From assembly GCA_044236415.1 (NCBI GenBank), contig JBIIGP010000001.1, positions 1-37,984 of the forward strand: DNA of 37,984 bases, read 5' to 3'. Source of the DNA: Acidimicrobiales bacterium. GTDB lineage: Bacteria; Actinomycetota; Acidimicrobiia; Acidimicrobiales; Acidimicrobilacustridaceae. A program made the translations under genes and the position numbers. Positions 16,820-26,095 of the stretch are shown here, in pieces. The notes beneath the pieces were generated by a model. That model made no database searches. It was not told the DNA's origin and worked only from the letters and a program-made list of their open reading frames with translations. Every line of letters begins with the position of its first letter. Within the stretch, counting starts at the first letter, position 1.

Positions 16820-19020
16820 GATGCACCTCCGGTGGGCACCATCTTCTTTTCATCAACAAGGTCGGTGATATCGAGCACTCGATCAAGCTGCGCAACTTTG
16901 TCCGGCGTGAACGGTCTGGAAAGTCCCATGTCGTTGATTTCGTCCTTGCCAATATTTTGCTCTCGCTCTTTGGCAACCATGAGTTCTTTCTCGATCCTTG
17001 CGTCCTTCCTCCACGGCAAAAGCCCGGCGAGATCGCGACCCGAGTAGAAGACTGCACCCTCGGGTCGGTAGGCCATTGCGATTGCTGCGATACCAGGACC
17101 AATGAGTTCGATTGCCGTAAGCCACGACGGTTTACCAAGCAATTCATAGAGCGCAGGAAACGACGCCAATCCGATGACGCCCATGAAGGCAGCCACCGGA
17201 TACCGGACACCTTGCACTGCTAACAGGAGTACCAATGGCAAGCCTGCGAACAGCGGGAAGGAGTCAACCGAAAGTGCTCCACGCTGCAGACCAAACATGC
17301 AGCCAGCGAAACCGGCCATTGCGCCCGACAACATGAACACCATCATCTTGGTCGTCGTGAGGTTCACGCCGATGGTTGCCGATGCAGCAGGTGAATCCGA
17401 CATAGCGATCCATCGACGAGCCCACCGAGAACGGCGCAACATCTCAAGCATGAAGAACAGCAGTGAGAACGTCACCACCAAGAACATCAGGAACGCTTTT
17501 CGATCGCTGGGATCGGAACTGATTGTGATTCCAAAAATGTCGACGGGCTTAAACAGGACACCCGTTGCGGATGGATCGAGCATGTTGGGGTGCCTGACAA
17601 TCACCTTGTCGGCAATTTCGGCAAACGCCATCGTGGCGAGAGCTAGATACAACCCCTTGAGGCGAAGTGCGGGTAGAGCGATCGCCAAACCTAGTGGTGC
17701 ACAAATAAGCATGACCCACACGATGCCGAGGGCATCGCCGTTCTGGCCGCCGAAGTGAGAGAACAGCACCGCACCGATGCCGGCAATTGCGAAGTTGGCG
17801 AAGCTCACCTGCCCTGCCCAACCGATCAGCGGGATGAGCGAGAGCATGATCAAACCAATCACCATGAATCCTGCGCCACGACCAAGCCACACCGTTGATC
17901 GTTCCCCGAAGGTGGTGCCGCTGATCCACGGAATCCAGCCGTTGGCCCACGCTCCGACCAACGCGATCATCACACCTGCACCCAAGGCCGCTTCCCAAGG
18001 TTTCGTAAGTCGCTCGGTGCGTTTGGTAATGCGGATCTTTCCCGTTTCCAATCGAGCCATCGGAAGGAAGAGCAGCGCGATGAAAAGGATTGCGGCGGGA
18101 ATCGCCTCGTCGGCATAGGTCCAGTCGGTCCCCCACTCGAGATACACCGCCGAGAACGATTTCGAAAGGCCGATGATGAGACCACCAATGAACGCCATTG
18201 GAATGGACTTGAGCTGAGCGATGGCTGCTGCGGCCGAAGCGACAACGATGATGAGTGTCAGGTTTTCAACAACGAGCCCGGTCTCGGGAGCAATAAGAAT
18301 TCCGGCCAAGCCAGCCGTCATGCATCCGAGCGCCCACGAGGCCCCAGAAATGATTGACGGTTTCGCTCCGGTGAGACCAGCGAGGCTGCGGCTATCGACA
18401 ACGGCGCGCATCGAGATACCAAGTCGGGTGCGATACAGAAGGAAGCGAAGCCCTAGTGCAACAAGTAGGGCGATGACAACGGTGATAATGCGATGCCAAG
18501 TAGCGGTGACATCACCGAGTTGAACACCCTTCGTGTCTTGAAAGAACTGCGGAAGAGTACGGCCCGTTTTGGGCGACCAGATGGTGAGCGTGATGCCCAT
18601 GAACGTCAGCATCAAACCAACTGTCACCATGAGCTGCACGACAAGCGCTGCGTCGCGAAGACGACGCATGATCAGCTTGTCAAGCAAGAAGCCGATGGCT
18701 GGCGCAATTACCAACAAGGTGATGGCGATCGCCACCAACGTTGGTAGCCCCTGTTTGACTGTGAGCTGCCAATAGCAAAAGGCAAGAAAACAACCGATTG
18801 CCGCATGAGAGAAATTAAAGATGCCAGTCGTGGCATAGGTGACAACGAGGCCACCGGCAGTGATGGCATAAATGCCACCAAGGGCGATACCAACGACAAG
18901 GAACGATGAAATCGTCGCTGCGTTGACCGATGCTCCGCCCCAATTTTTCGTCACCAAAAATAGGACGACAAGCCCGACGACGATCGCGGAAATCAGCCTT
19001 GGACTGACTTTAAGCCGCAT
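16816..19020 (-). CDS. Fused LivH-LivM-type ABC permease, 734 aa
   Basis: TTGIFNFSH, RTRLGISMRAV, GWAGQVSF and LRLKGLYLALAT, with many TM segments. ATG 19020 follows GGGGGA. Confidence 0.88.
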   Translation of the reverse strand: MRLKVSPRLISAIVVGLVVLFLVTKNWGGASVNAATISSFLVVGIALGGIYAITAGGLVVTYATTGIFNFSHAAIGCFLAFCYWQLTVKQGLPTLVAIAITLLVIAPAIGFLLDKLIMRRLRDAALVVQLMVTVGLMLTFMGITLTIWSPKTGRTLPQFFQDTKGVQLGDVTATWHRIITVVIALLVALGLRFLLYRTRLGISMRAVVDSRSLAGLTGAKPSIISGASWALGCMTAGLAGILIAPETGLVVENLTLIIVVASAAAAIAQLKSIPMAFIGGLIIGLSKSFSAVYLEWGTDWTYADEAIPAAILFIALLFLPMARLETGKIRITKRTERLTKPWEAALGAGVMIALVGAWANGWIPWISGTTFGERSTVWLGRGAGFMVIGLIMLSLIPLIGWAGQVSFANFAIAGIGAVLFSHFGGQNGDALGIVWVMLICAPLGLAIALPALRLKGLYLALATMAFAEIADKVIVRHPNMLDPSATGVLFKPVDIFGITISSDPSDRKAFLMFLVVTFSLLFFMLEMLRRSRWARRWIAMSDSPAASATIGVNLTTTKMMVFMLSGAMAGFAGCMFGLQRGALSVDSFPLFAGLPLVLLLAVQGVRYPVAAFMGVIGLASFPALYELLGKPSWLTAIELIGPGIAAIAMAYRPEGAVFYSGRDLAGLLPWRKDARIEKELMVAKEREQNIGKDEINDMGLSRPFTPDKVAQLDRVLDITDLVDEKKMVPTGGAS

Positions 19021-19053
19021 GTTCCCCCCTTGCTGCACTGCGCTGATGTGATG

Positions 19054-19085
19054 AGGAGGGGCCAGCCATTCGGCTGGCCCCTCCT
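19054..19085. other. Intercistronic 14-bp perfect hairpin between the SBP and permease genes
   Basis: AGGAGGGGCCAGCC-ATTC-GGCTGGCCCCTCCT, with no U tract. Confidence 0.75.
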
Positions 19086-19100
19086 GGTACGACAGAACTG

Positions 19101-20480
19101 CTACTTGACGTTGGCTGCGGCTGCGGCCGGATCAAGCTTGACGGTGACAACGTTCTCGGGCTTGCAATCGAGTGTGCCGGCTTCCTTCGGGAAGACTCGC
19201 TCGAATTTGCCGCCGTTGATTTGCATGATCACCATGCAGTCAGAGAAGACCTTCTGACCGGTGCGGGCCTTGCCAATCCAACCATCAGCATCGAATGAAA
19301 GTGTCTTCATCTTTGCGAGAAGGTTGGGACGGGTGATGGCATTCGGGCCCTTTTCAGCAACGATTTCGTTGACGGCTTGGGTGAATGCCATTGCCGACTG
19401 CCATGCCTGGGCGCCGAATGCGTCCGGCTTGCCACCGGAAGCATCGACATAGGTCTGAACGGCCTTGTTGCTTGATGCTTCCTCAAACGGAATGAACTGC
19501 ATCCAGACATAGGTACCGTCGACTGCCGAACCACTGGTCTTGAAGTTCTCGGTATAACAGGCAAGCGAGCAACCCCAAATATCGACACCGGTAAGCCCCT
19601 GTGCCGTTGCTTCCTTGCGGAGCTTTGTCATGGCCGCATCGTTTGAACCCATGTAGGCGTAGTTTCCGCCACCGTTCTTAAGGGCTTGGATGTAGGTGTT
19701 AAACGCAGACTGCTCAGCACGACCCGACACCTTCATCGCATCGATCCATGACACACCAGCCTTCTCCTGAGCTGTGATCTGGTAGGTAGCGGACTGGATC
19801 GTCGTGGGCAGATCGCCGGGAACCAAGAAGATGCCCTTCAGGTTCGGCTGAACCGTTTGGTAATACTTCGTTGCCCCAACAAATGCTTTGAGGTCACGTT
19901 CGCCGGTGTTGGTGCCATTGCATGGTTCAGCAACGGCCTGCATCACCCAAACGTTTGCTGCGCACTGTTCGTTGACGTCATTCGCAAGAGCCGCGAAGAC
20001 CGGAAGGCCAACAGGCTGGCCGGCCTTGTCAACACAGTTGCCAATCACCGATACATCGGGATTGAACAGCGAGTTGCCACCAACCATCGCAAAATCGTTC
20101 TTGCAGGCGTTGATGATGCCGTTCTTGGATTCGGTTGCGTCAAGCTTGGAATCCCACGCTTCGACCTTCAACTCACGACAGCCAACACCGCCGTTGGCAT
20201 TGATCCACTTGGCGTAGGCATTCATCGCGTCGACGTTGCCCTGGAACAGACCTGGGGCAAGCGGCGAACCGGTATCAGCCATGACCTCAACCGAAATCGT
20301 GTCAGCGGTGACACCGACCTCTGTTGCTTGCAACGCTTCTTTGGTGCAGTTGGCGTTTGCCTTGGCTTCGGTGCTTTCGCCCGAGCCACTTTCGCTATCT
20401 GACCCACTACGGCCACAACCGACAGCAAGGATGCTGACGCTGAGAGCCGCGATGAGCACACCTGCTCTGAATCGCTTCAC
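19101..20480 (-). CDS. ABC substrate-binding lipoprotein (type I PBP, Liv-like), 459 aa
   Basis: GTG 20480 follows GGGGGGA. Signal peptide KRFR plus a hydrophobic stretch and lipobox LAVGC; also GVTADTI and INANGGVGCR. Confidence 0.88.
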   Translation of the reverse strand: MKRFRAGVLIAALSVSILAVGCGRSGSDSESGSGESTEAKANANCTKEALQATEVGVTADTISVEVMADTGSPLAPGLFQGNVDAMNAYAKWINANGGVGCRELKVEAWDSKLDATESKNGIINACKNDFAMVGGNSLFNPDVSVIGNCVDKAGQPVGLPVFAALANDVNEQCAANVWVMQAVAEPCNGTNTGERDLKAFVGATKYYQTVQPNLKGIFLVPGDLPTTIQSATYQITAQEKAGVSWIDAMKVSGRAEQSAFNTYIQALKNGGGNYAYMGSNDAAMTKLRKEATAQGLTGVDIWGCSLACYTENFKTSGSAVDGTYVWMQFIPFEEASSNKAVQTYVDASGGKPDAFGAQAWQSAMAFTQAVNEIVAEKGPNAITRPNLLAKMKTLSFDADGWIGKARTGQKVFSDCMVIMQINGGKFERVFPKEAGTLDCKPENVVTVKLDPAAAAANVK

Positions 20481-20517
20481 TTGGTTCCCCCCTGGGAGTT
20501 GTTGAACTACTTGGCGA

Positions 20518-20559
20518 ACCATAACCGAATTCACAAACGCGTGTGTGACGATCGGCACA
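20518..20559 (-). promoter_or_regulatory. Putative -10 element (TATGGT) and CRP/GlxR-like site upstream of the SBP gene
   Basis: TGTGA-CGATCG-GCACA at 20544-20559 has one mismatch to TGTGA-N6-TCACA and is centred near -40.5 relative to the -10 at 20518-20523. Confidence 0.4.
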
Positions 20560-20610
20560 GAGGCGACCACGGGTCCGTCGGCCTCCCGATCGATGCGCCG
20601 AACCGACCCC

Positions 20611-20656
20611 AAAACGCAAAAGTGACCGGCCGGTAACCAAGGTTCCGACCGGTCAC
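20611..20656 (-). terminator. Intrinsic terminator after the SDR gene
   Basis: Minus strand reads GTGACCGGTCGG-N11-CCGGCCGGTCAC-TTTTGCGTTTT. Confidence 0.8.
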
Positions 20657-20669
20657 GCTGCGACCCCGA

Positions 20670-21416
20670 CTAACAGGAAATGCCACCATCCATCATGAGG
20701 GTTGCGCCACTGACATAGCGAGCTTCGTCAGATCCCAAATAGGCGTAAAAACTCGCCAATTCAGAGGGCTTTCCGACTTCGACGTTGTCTCGCGACATCT
20801 TGCGCATGCGACCCCAGTCCGCACCCTTTGGCGGGACGAACGCGGTGTACATGTTCGTCTCAACACCGCCGGGAGCAACCGCACAGATGCGGATCGGCAC
20901 GTCGTATTCGGTAGCAAGTGCACGGGTGAGCGCCGAGACGCCGCCCTTCGACGCGCAGTAGGCCGCGCTCCAGGGCTGGCCCATGACCGCTGCAGTCGAC
21001 GAAGTGTTCACGATGACCCCGTGGCCTCGCTCCACCATCTGCGGAAGTACGGCGCGGCACATGAAGTAGGTGCCGGTGAGATTGACCGCAATCATGCGTT
21101 CGAACTTGGCCGGGTCTCCGTCGTGGCTGTTATCGAAGCCGCCAATGCCAGCGACGTTGCACAACACGTCGACCTGACCAAACGCTTTCGTCACTTCAGC
21201 GACAACTGACTCGACGTTTGCCCAACTGCTGACATCGCACGCAAGCGCAATTGCGTTTGGTCCAATCGCGTTCGCGGTTTCTTGCGCATTCTCAAGATTC
21301 ACGTCGAGACAAGCGACCTTGCCACCTTCGGCGCCAAACCGCTCGGCCACTCCGCGACCGATTCCTGATCCGGCACCAGTAACGATGACGCCCTTGCCTA
21401 CATACCGCTGTTCCAT
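20670..21416 (-). CDS. SDR oxidoreductase
   Basis: TGAGSGIG, NVAG, YCASK and DGG. Confidence 0.9.
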   Translation of the reverse strand: MEQRYVGKGVIVTGAGSGIGRGVAERFGAEGGKVACLDVNLENAQETANAIGPNAIALACDVSSWANVESVVAEVTKAFGQVDVLCNVAGIGGFDNSHDGDPAKFERMIAVNLTGTYFMCRAVLPQMVERGHGVIVNTSSTAAVMGQPWSAAYCASKGGVSALTRALATEYDVPIRICAVAPGGVETNMYTAFVPPKGADWGRMRKMSRDNVEVGKPSELASFYAYLGSDEARYVSGATLMMDGGISC

Positions 21417-21503
21417 TGTTTCCCCATTGTTGTGGTTCTGGCGCGAGAAACCGTCACGACAACGCGTGCGGCATCAAGCAACGAATGATTTCCGATGGCC
21501 CGA

Positions 21504-22610
21504 TCAGCCGATGGTGAGCACGCCACGAGCAACTGCACCCGAATGCATGTCGTGCACCGCGTCGTGGAAACCCTCGAGCGGATACGTGGCAGTCACGAGT
21601 TCGTCGAGCATGAACTCGCCACGGCGATAGAGATCGATGATCTGCAGCATGTCGCTATGCGGGCTGTACGAACCTGCGCGACAACCAATGACTGCACGCT
21701 CGTTTTGCGTGAAGCGCTGGTACGGAAGTGTGAAGGTTGCGTCGCCGCCAGGCGTGCCGATGATGACAACCGTGCCACCCCAATCGAGCATCTCCAGCGC
21801 GTTCGACGTGACTGCCGGATGACCGACAACGTCGTACACCCAATCAACACCACCGGCATTGAATGGGCCGGAAAGTTCGGTCTCGCTGTAAGGAACGAGT
21901 CGACGTACCTGCTCAACAATGTCTTCGTCGCGACCATTAAGGAAGTCGGTTGCACCGAACTGACGAGCGAGTGCTTCCTTTTCGGGTTCGGTGTCGATCG
22001 CGATGATGCGCGACGCGCGCTTCACGCGCAGTGCCTGGATTGCGTTAAGACCCACACCACCGCAGCCGTACACAACTGCGGTCTGGCCGATCTTCACATC
22101 AGAGCGGTAGAGAACGGCACCAGCCCCAGTCATTACGCCACATCCGACAAGGCATGCAGAGGTGAACGGAACATCCTTAGGAATCTTTACGGCCTGAAAA
22201 CCGCGGATCACCGTGCGCTCGGTAAAGACCGATGCCGCAGCAAAGTTCCAGCAGGCTTCGCCATCGAGGGTGAATGGCTGAGCCATGTTTCCAAGTGTTT
22301 GACGACAACGCGTGGGCTTGCCCTGTGCACATGCCTTGCAAACGCCACAAGCCGCAAGGGTCGAGATGATGACGTGGTCACCTTCGACAACGTGGGTAAC
22401 GCCAGTGCCGACCTTTTCAACAATTCCTGCACCTTCATGGCCCAACACTGCAGGTGAAGGCCAACCGAACGCACCTGCGGCTGCAGTCACGTCGCTGTGG
22501 CACACACCAGCAGCCATCACCTTGACGATGACTTCGCCAGCACCTGGCTCGCGAACTTCGAGTCCGTCGAGAACCTCAGCTTTGTCGCCAGTGAAAACGA
22601 TGCCCTTCAT
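21504..22610 (-). CDS. Zn-dependent alcohol dehydrogenase, 368 aa
   Basis: CHSD, GHEGAG, structural Zn site CGVCKAC...C and GCGGVG. ATG 22610 follows GGGGGA. Confidence 0.93.
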   Translation of the reverse strand: MKGIVFTGDKAEVLDGLEVREPGAGEVIVKVMAAGVCHSDVTAAAGAFGWPSPAVLGHEGAGIVEKVGTGVTHVVEGDHVIISTLAACGVCKACAQGKPTRCRQTLGNMAQPFTLDGEACWNFAAASVFTERTVIRGFQAVKIPKDVPFTSACLVGCGVMTGAGAVLYRSDVKIGQTAVVYGCGGVGLNAIQALRVKRASRIIAIDTEPEKEALARQFGATDFLNGRDEDIVEQVRRLVPYSETELSGPFNAGGVDWVYDVVGHPAVTSNALEMLDWGGTVVIIGTPGGDATFTLPYQRFTQNERAVIGCRAGSYSPHSDMLQIIDLYRRGEFMLDELVTATYPLEGFHDAVHDMHSGAVARGVLTIG

Positions 22611-22671
22611 GAATTCCCCCAGAGGTGAGTCAGTAAATGTTGAATAGTTCGAGCTGCAACTGCAGTGGGAC

Positions 22672-24135
22672 TCAGCTGCCCCAGATAATTGACTGCCATT
22701 CGGTGTAAGCGTCGAGACCCCAGTTGCCGCCATCGCGACCGATACCGGACATCTTGAAACCACCGAACGGTGTTTCGTGGTGGGTCTGCACACTGTTGAT
22801 GCCTACGCGACCCGAACGAATTTCCTTGGCGACCTCGTAGGCACCAGGAGTATCGGAACCAAAGACGTAGGAGAACAAGCCGTAATCGCTGTCGTTCGCG
22901 ATGGTGATGGCATCGTCAACCGTGTCGAACGGAACAACCACAACAACTGGGCCGAAGATTTCTTCACGCACTGGAGTCATGGTGTTGTTGCAACCTGCAA
23001 GAAGGGTTGGGCCAATGAAGTAGCCCTTGTCCGGACCTGCGTTACGACCGTCGACAACGATCTCAGCGCCTTCAGAAACACCAGCTTCGATCATTGCCTG
23101 AATGCGGCCGAGCTGAACGGCAGAAATAACCGGGCCGACCTGCGTTGCTGCATCGAGCGGATCGCCAACCTTGAGGGCGCGCGCTGCGCCTTCAAGACGC
23201 GTGACGAGTTCGTCATAACGGCTGCGATGCACGATGACGCGAGTCGGGGCCGTGCAGATCTGGCCTGAGTGGAACGCCCACACACTGGCGATGCCAGCAA
23301 CAGCCTTTTCCATGTCGGCATCTTCAAGAACGATGCATGCACCCTTGCCGCCGAGTTCATGAAGCTGACGCTTCATGGTGGGAGCACCTGCGGCAACGAT
23401 TGACGCGCCAACCGCCGACGAACCGGTGAACGACACCATGTCGACGTTGGGATCAGAAACAAGGTTCACACCAGCAGCAGGACCACTACCGGTGACGATG
23501 TTGATGACACCCTTCGGGAATCCAACGTCTTCAAGGATCTTGGCGAGTTCGATAACGCACAATGGATCCTGCGGAGCAGGTTTCATCACAACGGTGTTGC
23601 CAGTTGCGAGCGCCGGAGCAATCTTTCCGACCATTGAGGTGGTTGGGAAGTTGTACGGAGCGATACACGCGACGACGCCGACCGGCACCTTGCGGGCGTA
23701 ACCAGCCATAAGTGCGCCTGCGGCGAGCGGCGTTGTGCCAATCGGTTGCGGAGGAAGCGCAACGTTCTGGTCGTACAGCGCACCCCGTGCATAGCGATCG
23801 AATCGCGAAATAGCGACAGGGATCTGCATGAGTGAACCAACCGATGAGGTTGCACCGGTTTCGCTGATGACGAGCGGAATCAACTCGGGCGTGCGCTTGG
23901 CCAGTTCCTTGCCAGCCGCAGCGAGAAGAGCAGAACGCTCTTCGGGAGTCGTGCGACTCCAGGCGGGAAGTGCTTCCTTCGCTGCCGCAGCGGCACGGGC
24001 GACGTCTTCGGCCGAGGCCTCGGGAGCGCCAGTGACGACCTGTTCAGTTGCAGGGTTGATGATGTCGTATGTGCCATCGCCACCGGGGACCCATTCGCCC
24101 CCGATGAGCTGGCGGTACTCGTTCATGGTTGCCAT
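22672..24135 (-). CDS. Aldehyde dehydrogenase, 487 aa
   Basis: PYNFP, SFTGS, ELGGK, GQICTA, EEIFGPV and PFGGFKMSG. Start reassigned to MATMNEY. Confidence 0.93.
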   Translation of the reverse strand: MATMNEYRQLIGGEWVPGGDGTYDIINPATEQVVTGAPEASAEDVARAAAAAKEALPAWSRTTPEERSALLAAAGKELAKRTPELIPLVISETGATSSVGSLMQIPVAISRFDRYARGALYDQNVALPPQPIGTTPLAAGALMAGYARKVPVGVVACIAPYNFPTTSMVGKIAPALATGNTVVMKPAPQDPLCVIELAKILEDVGFPKGVINIVTGSGPAAGVNLVSDPNVDMVSFTGSSAVGASIVAAGAPTMKRQLHELGGKGACIVLEDADMEKAVAGIASVWAFHSGQICTAPTRVIVHRSRYDELVTRLEGAARALKVGDPLDAATQVGPVISAVQLGRIQAMIEAGVSEGAEIVVDGRNAGPDKGYFIGPTLLAGCNNTMTPVREEIFGPVVVVVPFDTVDDAITIANDSDYGLFSYVFGSDTPGAYEVAKEIRSGRVGINSVQTHHETPFGGFKMSGIGRDGGNWGLDAYTEWQSIIWGS

Positions 24136-24142
24136 GGGTCGC

Positions 24143-24171
24143 ACGTTAGGACAGCGCCCGCCCTCCGTCAC
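24143..24171 (-). promoter_or_regulatory. Putative leaderless sigmaA promoter for ALDH-ADH-SDR
   Basis: Minus strand reads GTGACG-N17-TAACGT-N7-ATG. Confidence 0.55.
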
Positions 24172-24214
24172 ACTGGCCCCCCTTCCCGACGGTGGACGCC
24201 CGCCGAGAGCCGTG

Positions 24215-24234
24215 TAATCTGACGGTCTGTCAGA
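24215..24234. promoter_or_regulatory. Inverted repeat TCTGAC-N5-GTCAGA overlapping a TAATCT -10-like hexamer
   Basis: Lies in the divergent ALDH/deacylase intergenic region. Confidence 0.45.
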
Positions 24235-24271
24235 AACGCCGCCGACGGGTGGCCGACGAGAGGTGGTCGCA

Positions 24272-26005
24272 GTGTCCGACGCAACGTACGACGAGGTCAT
24301 CAAGGGCGGAACCGTCATCGATGGCACTGGTGCTCCCGCACGCATCGCCGACATCGGCATCCGAGACGGAAAGATCGTTGTCATCGGTCGGGTTGACGGC
24401 GACGCCACCATCGTCACCGATGCCACCGGCCGCATGGTGATGCCTGGCGTCATCGACGCCCATACCCATTACGACGCCCAGCTCCTCTGGGATCCAGGCG
24501 CATCCCCATCAGCAAACCACGGTGTCACCACCGTGATCGCCGGTAACTGCGGATTCACCCTCGCCCCCCTGCGCCCCACTGTCGCCGAAGCGGAATACCT
24601 CCAGGAAATGATGAGTCGAGTCGAGGGAATGCCTCTTCCCGCGCTCAAGACCATCAATTGGAACTGGGAAACGTTCGAGGAGTACCTCAACCAGTTCGAG
24701 AATCGCATCTCGGTGAACGCTGGTTGGATGGCCGGACATTGCGCCATCCGTCGCTACGTCATGGGCCCCGAGTCCGTCGGCGGCGAAGCAACTCCCGAAC
24801 AGATCGATGCCATGGTGGCCGAACTGCGCAAGGCCATCGAGGTCGGTGCCCTCGGATGGTCGTTTACGACATCAGGTAGTCACAGCGATGGCGATGGACA
24901 ACCGGTGCCAAGCCGATGGGCATCGAATGAAGAAATGATTGCGATGGCCACCGAGGTCGGCAAGCACGAAGGCACCAGCCTTGAAGGCATCGTCCCTGGC
25001 TGTCTTGATCGTTTCGCAGATGACGAAATCGAATTGCTCGCAGTCTTGAGCGCTGCAGCAAAGCGCGTCATGAACTGGAACGTCCTCACTATTGACAGCC
25101 GCGAACCCGACCGCGTCGGCCGTCAGGTTGAGGCCTATGACCGTGCCAAGGAATTGGGTGGCCGCGTCGTCGCCCTCACCATGCCAGTGCTTGTTCCCAT
25201 GAACATGAACTTCGCAACCTTCTGCGGCATCTGGCTTCTCCCAACCTGGGAAGAAACCTTGCGCTGCGAAATTCCAGAGCGCATGAAGCGACTGCAAGAT
25301 CCCGAAGTTCGCGCCAAACTTCTTGCGGCATCTCGGTCAGAAGAAGCCGGCGTTTATCGCCGTATCGCTGACTGGGAGGACTACGTCATCGGCGACACGT
25401 TCTCACCAGAAAACGCTGGTCTATCGAATCGAACCGTTTCCGATATCGCTGCCGAGCGTGGCACCGAGCCGTTCGATACCTTGCTCGACATCGTCATCGC
25501 CGACGAGCTTCAGACCGTTCTGTGGCCAGCTCCGAAGGACAAAGATCCCGAGTCATGGCGCATGCGAGTTGACGCTTGGAACGATGAGCGAATCATGATC
25601 GGCGGCTCCGACGCCGGTGCACACCTCGACCGCATGTGTGGAGCAACGTTCCCCACACGGTTCTTGGGCGACATGATCAACGGCCGCAAACTCATTCCCG
25701 TTGAACGCGCCGTGCAGCTCATCACGCAGAAGCCCGCAGAACTTTTCGGTCTTGTTGATCGCGGCACTCTGGTCGAGGGCAGCAACGCCGACATCGTCGT
25801 GTTTGATCCGGAAACAATCGGTTCCGAAAACGCGCACATGGTTGCTGACCTTCCCGGAGGCTGTTCACGACTCACCGCCGACTCCTACGGAATCGAACGA
25901 GTGCTCGTAAACGGTCAAGCCGTGATCATCAACGGACAGTTCACCGGCGCTACGCCCGGCACTGTGCTCAAGAGCGGTAAAGACACCTACACCGTCCTGC
26001 CGTAA
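24272..26005 (+). CDS. N-acyl-D-amino-acid deacylase family amidohydrolase, 577 aa
   Basis: IKGGTVIDGTG, PGVIDAHTHYD, HGVTTVIAGNCG, GGSDAGAH and ADIVVFDP. GTG 24272 follows GAGGTG. Confidence 0.9.
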   Translation: MSDATYDEVIKGGTVIDGTGAPARIADIGIRDGKIVVIGRVDGDATIVTDATGRMVMPGVIDAHTHYDAQLLWDPGASPSANHGVTTVIAGNCGFTLAPLRPTVAEAEYLQEMMSRVEGMPLPALKTINWNWETFEEYLNQFENRISVNAGWMAGHCAIRRYVMGPESVGGEATPEQIDAMVAELRKAIEVGALGWSFTTSGSHSDGDGQPVPSRWASNEEMIAMATEVGKHEGTSLEGIVPGCLDRFADDEIELLAVLSAAAKRVMNWNVLTIDSREPDRVGRQVEAYDRAKELGGRVVALTMPVLVPMNMNFATFCGIWLLPTWEETLRCEIPERMKRLQDPEVRAKLLAASRSEEAGVYRRIADWEDYVIGDTFSPENAGLSNRTVSDIAAERGTEPFDTLLDIVIADELQTVLWPAPKDKDPESWRMRVDAWNDERIMIGGSDAGAHLDRMCGATFPTRFLGDMINGRKLIPVERAVQLITQKPAELFGLVDRGTLVEGSNADIVVFDPETIGSENAHMVADLPGGCSRLTADSYGIERVLVNGQAVIINGQFTGATPGTVLKSGKDTYTVLP

Positions 26006-26095
26006 TCCTGCAGCATCGAGAGCGTCTCTCGCTTTCCCAAACGCTGCTGATTACCAGACCACTTCATTTGCACCCAGTTGTGCAAGTGTCTTGGC

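Noticed and set aside
14993-20480. Horizontally acquired island (looks slightly lower in GC in spot checks)
   Set aside because: The second ABC locus shows the same tendency, there is no integrase, IS or flanking repeat, and GC was not computed rigorously.
21495-22457. 320-aa plus-strand ORF
   Set aside because: It is antisense to the ADH and has no recognisable features.
24136-24453. N-terminal extension of the ALDH overlapping the deacylase
   Set aside because: The ALDH domain starts at MATMNEY, and a promoter-like -35/-10 sits just upstream of 24135.
26083-26093. CAAG-TGT-CTTG as a KstR2 operator
   Set aside because: The spacer is 3 nt rather than 2, the flanks do not match AnCAAGnnCTTGnT, and it lies before the YHYH gene rather than a HIP gene.
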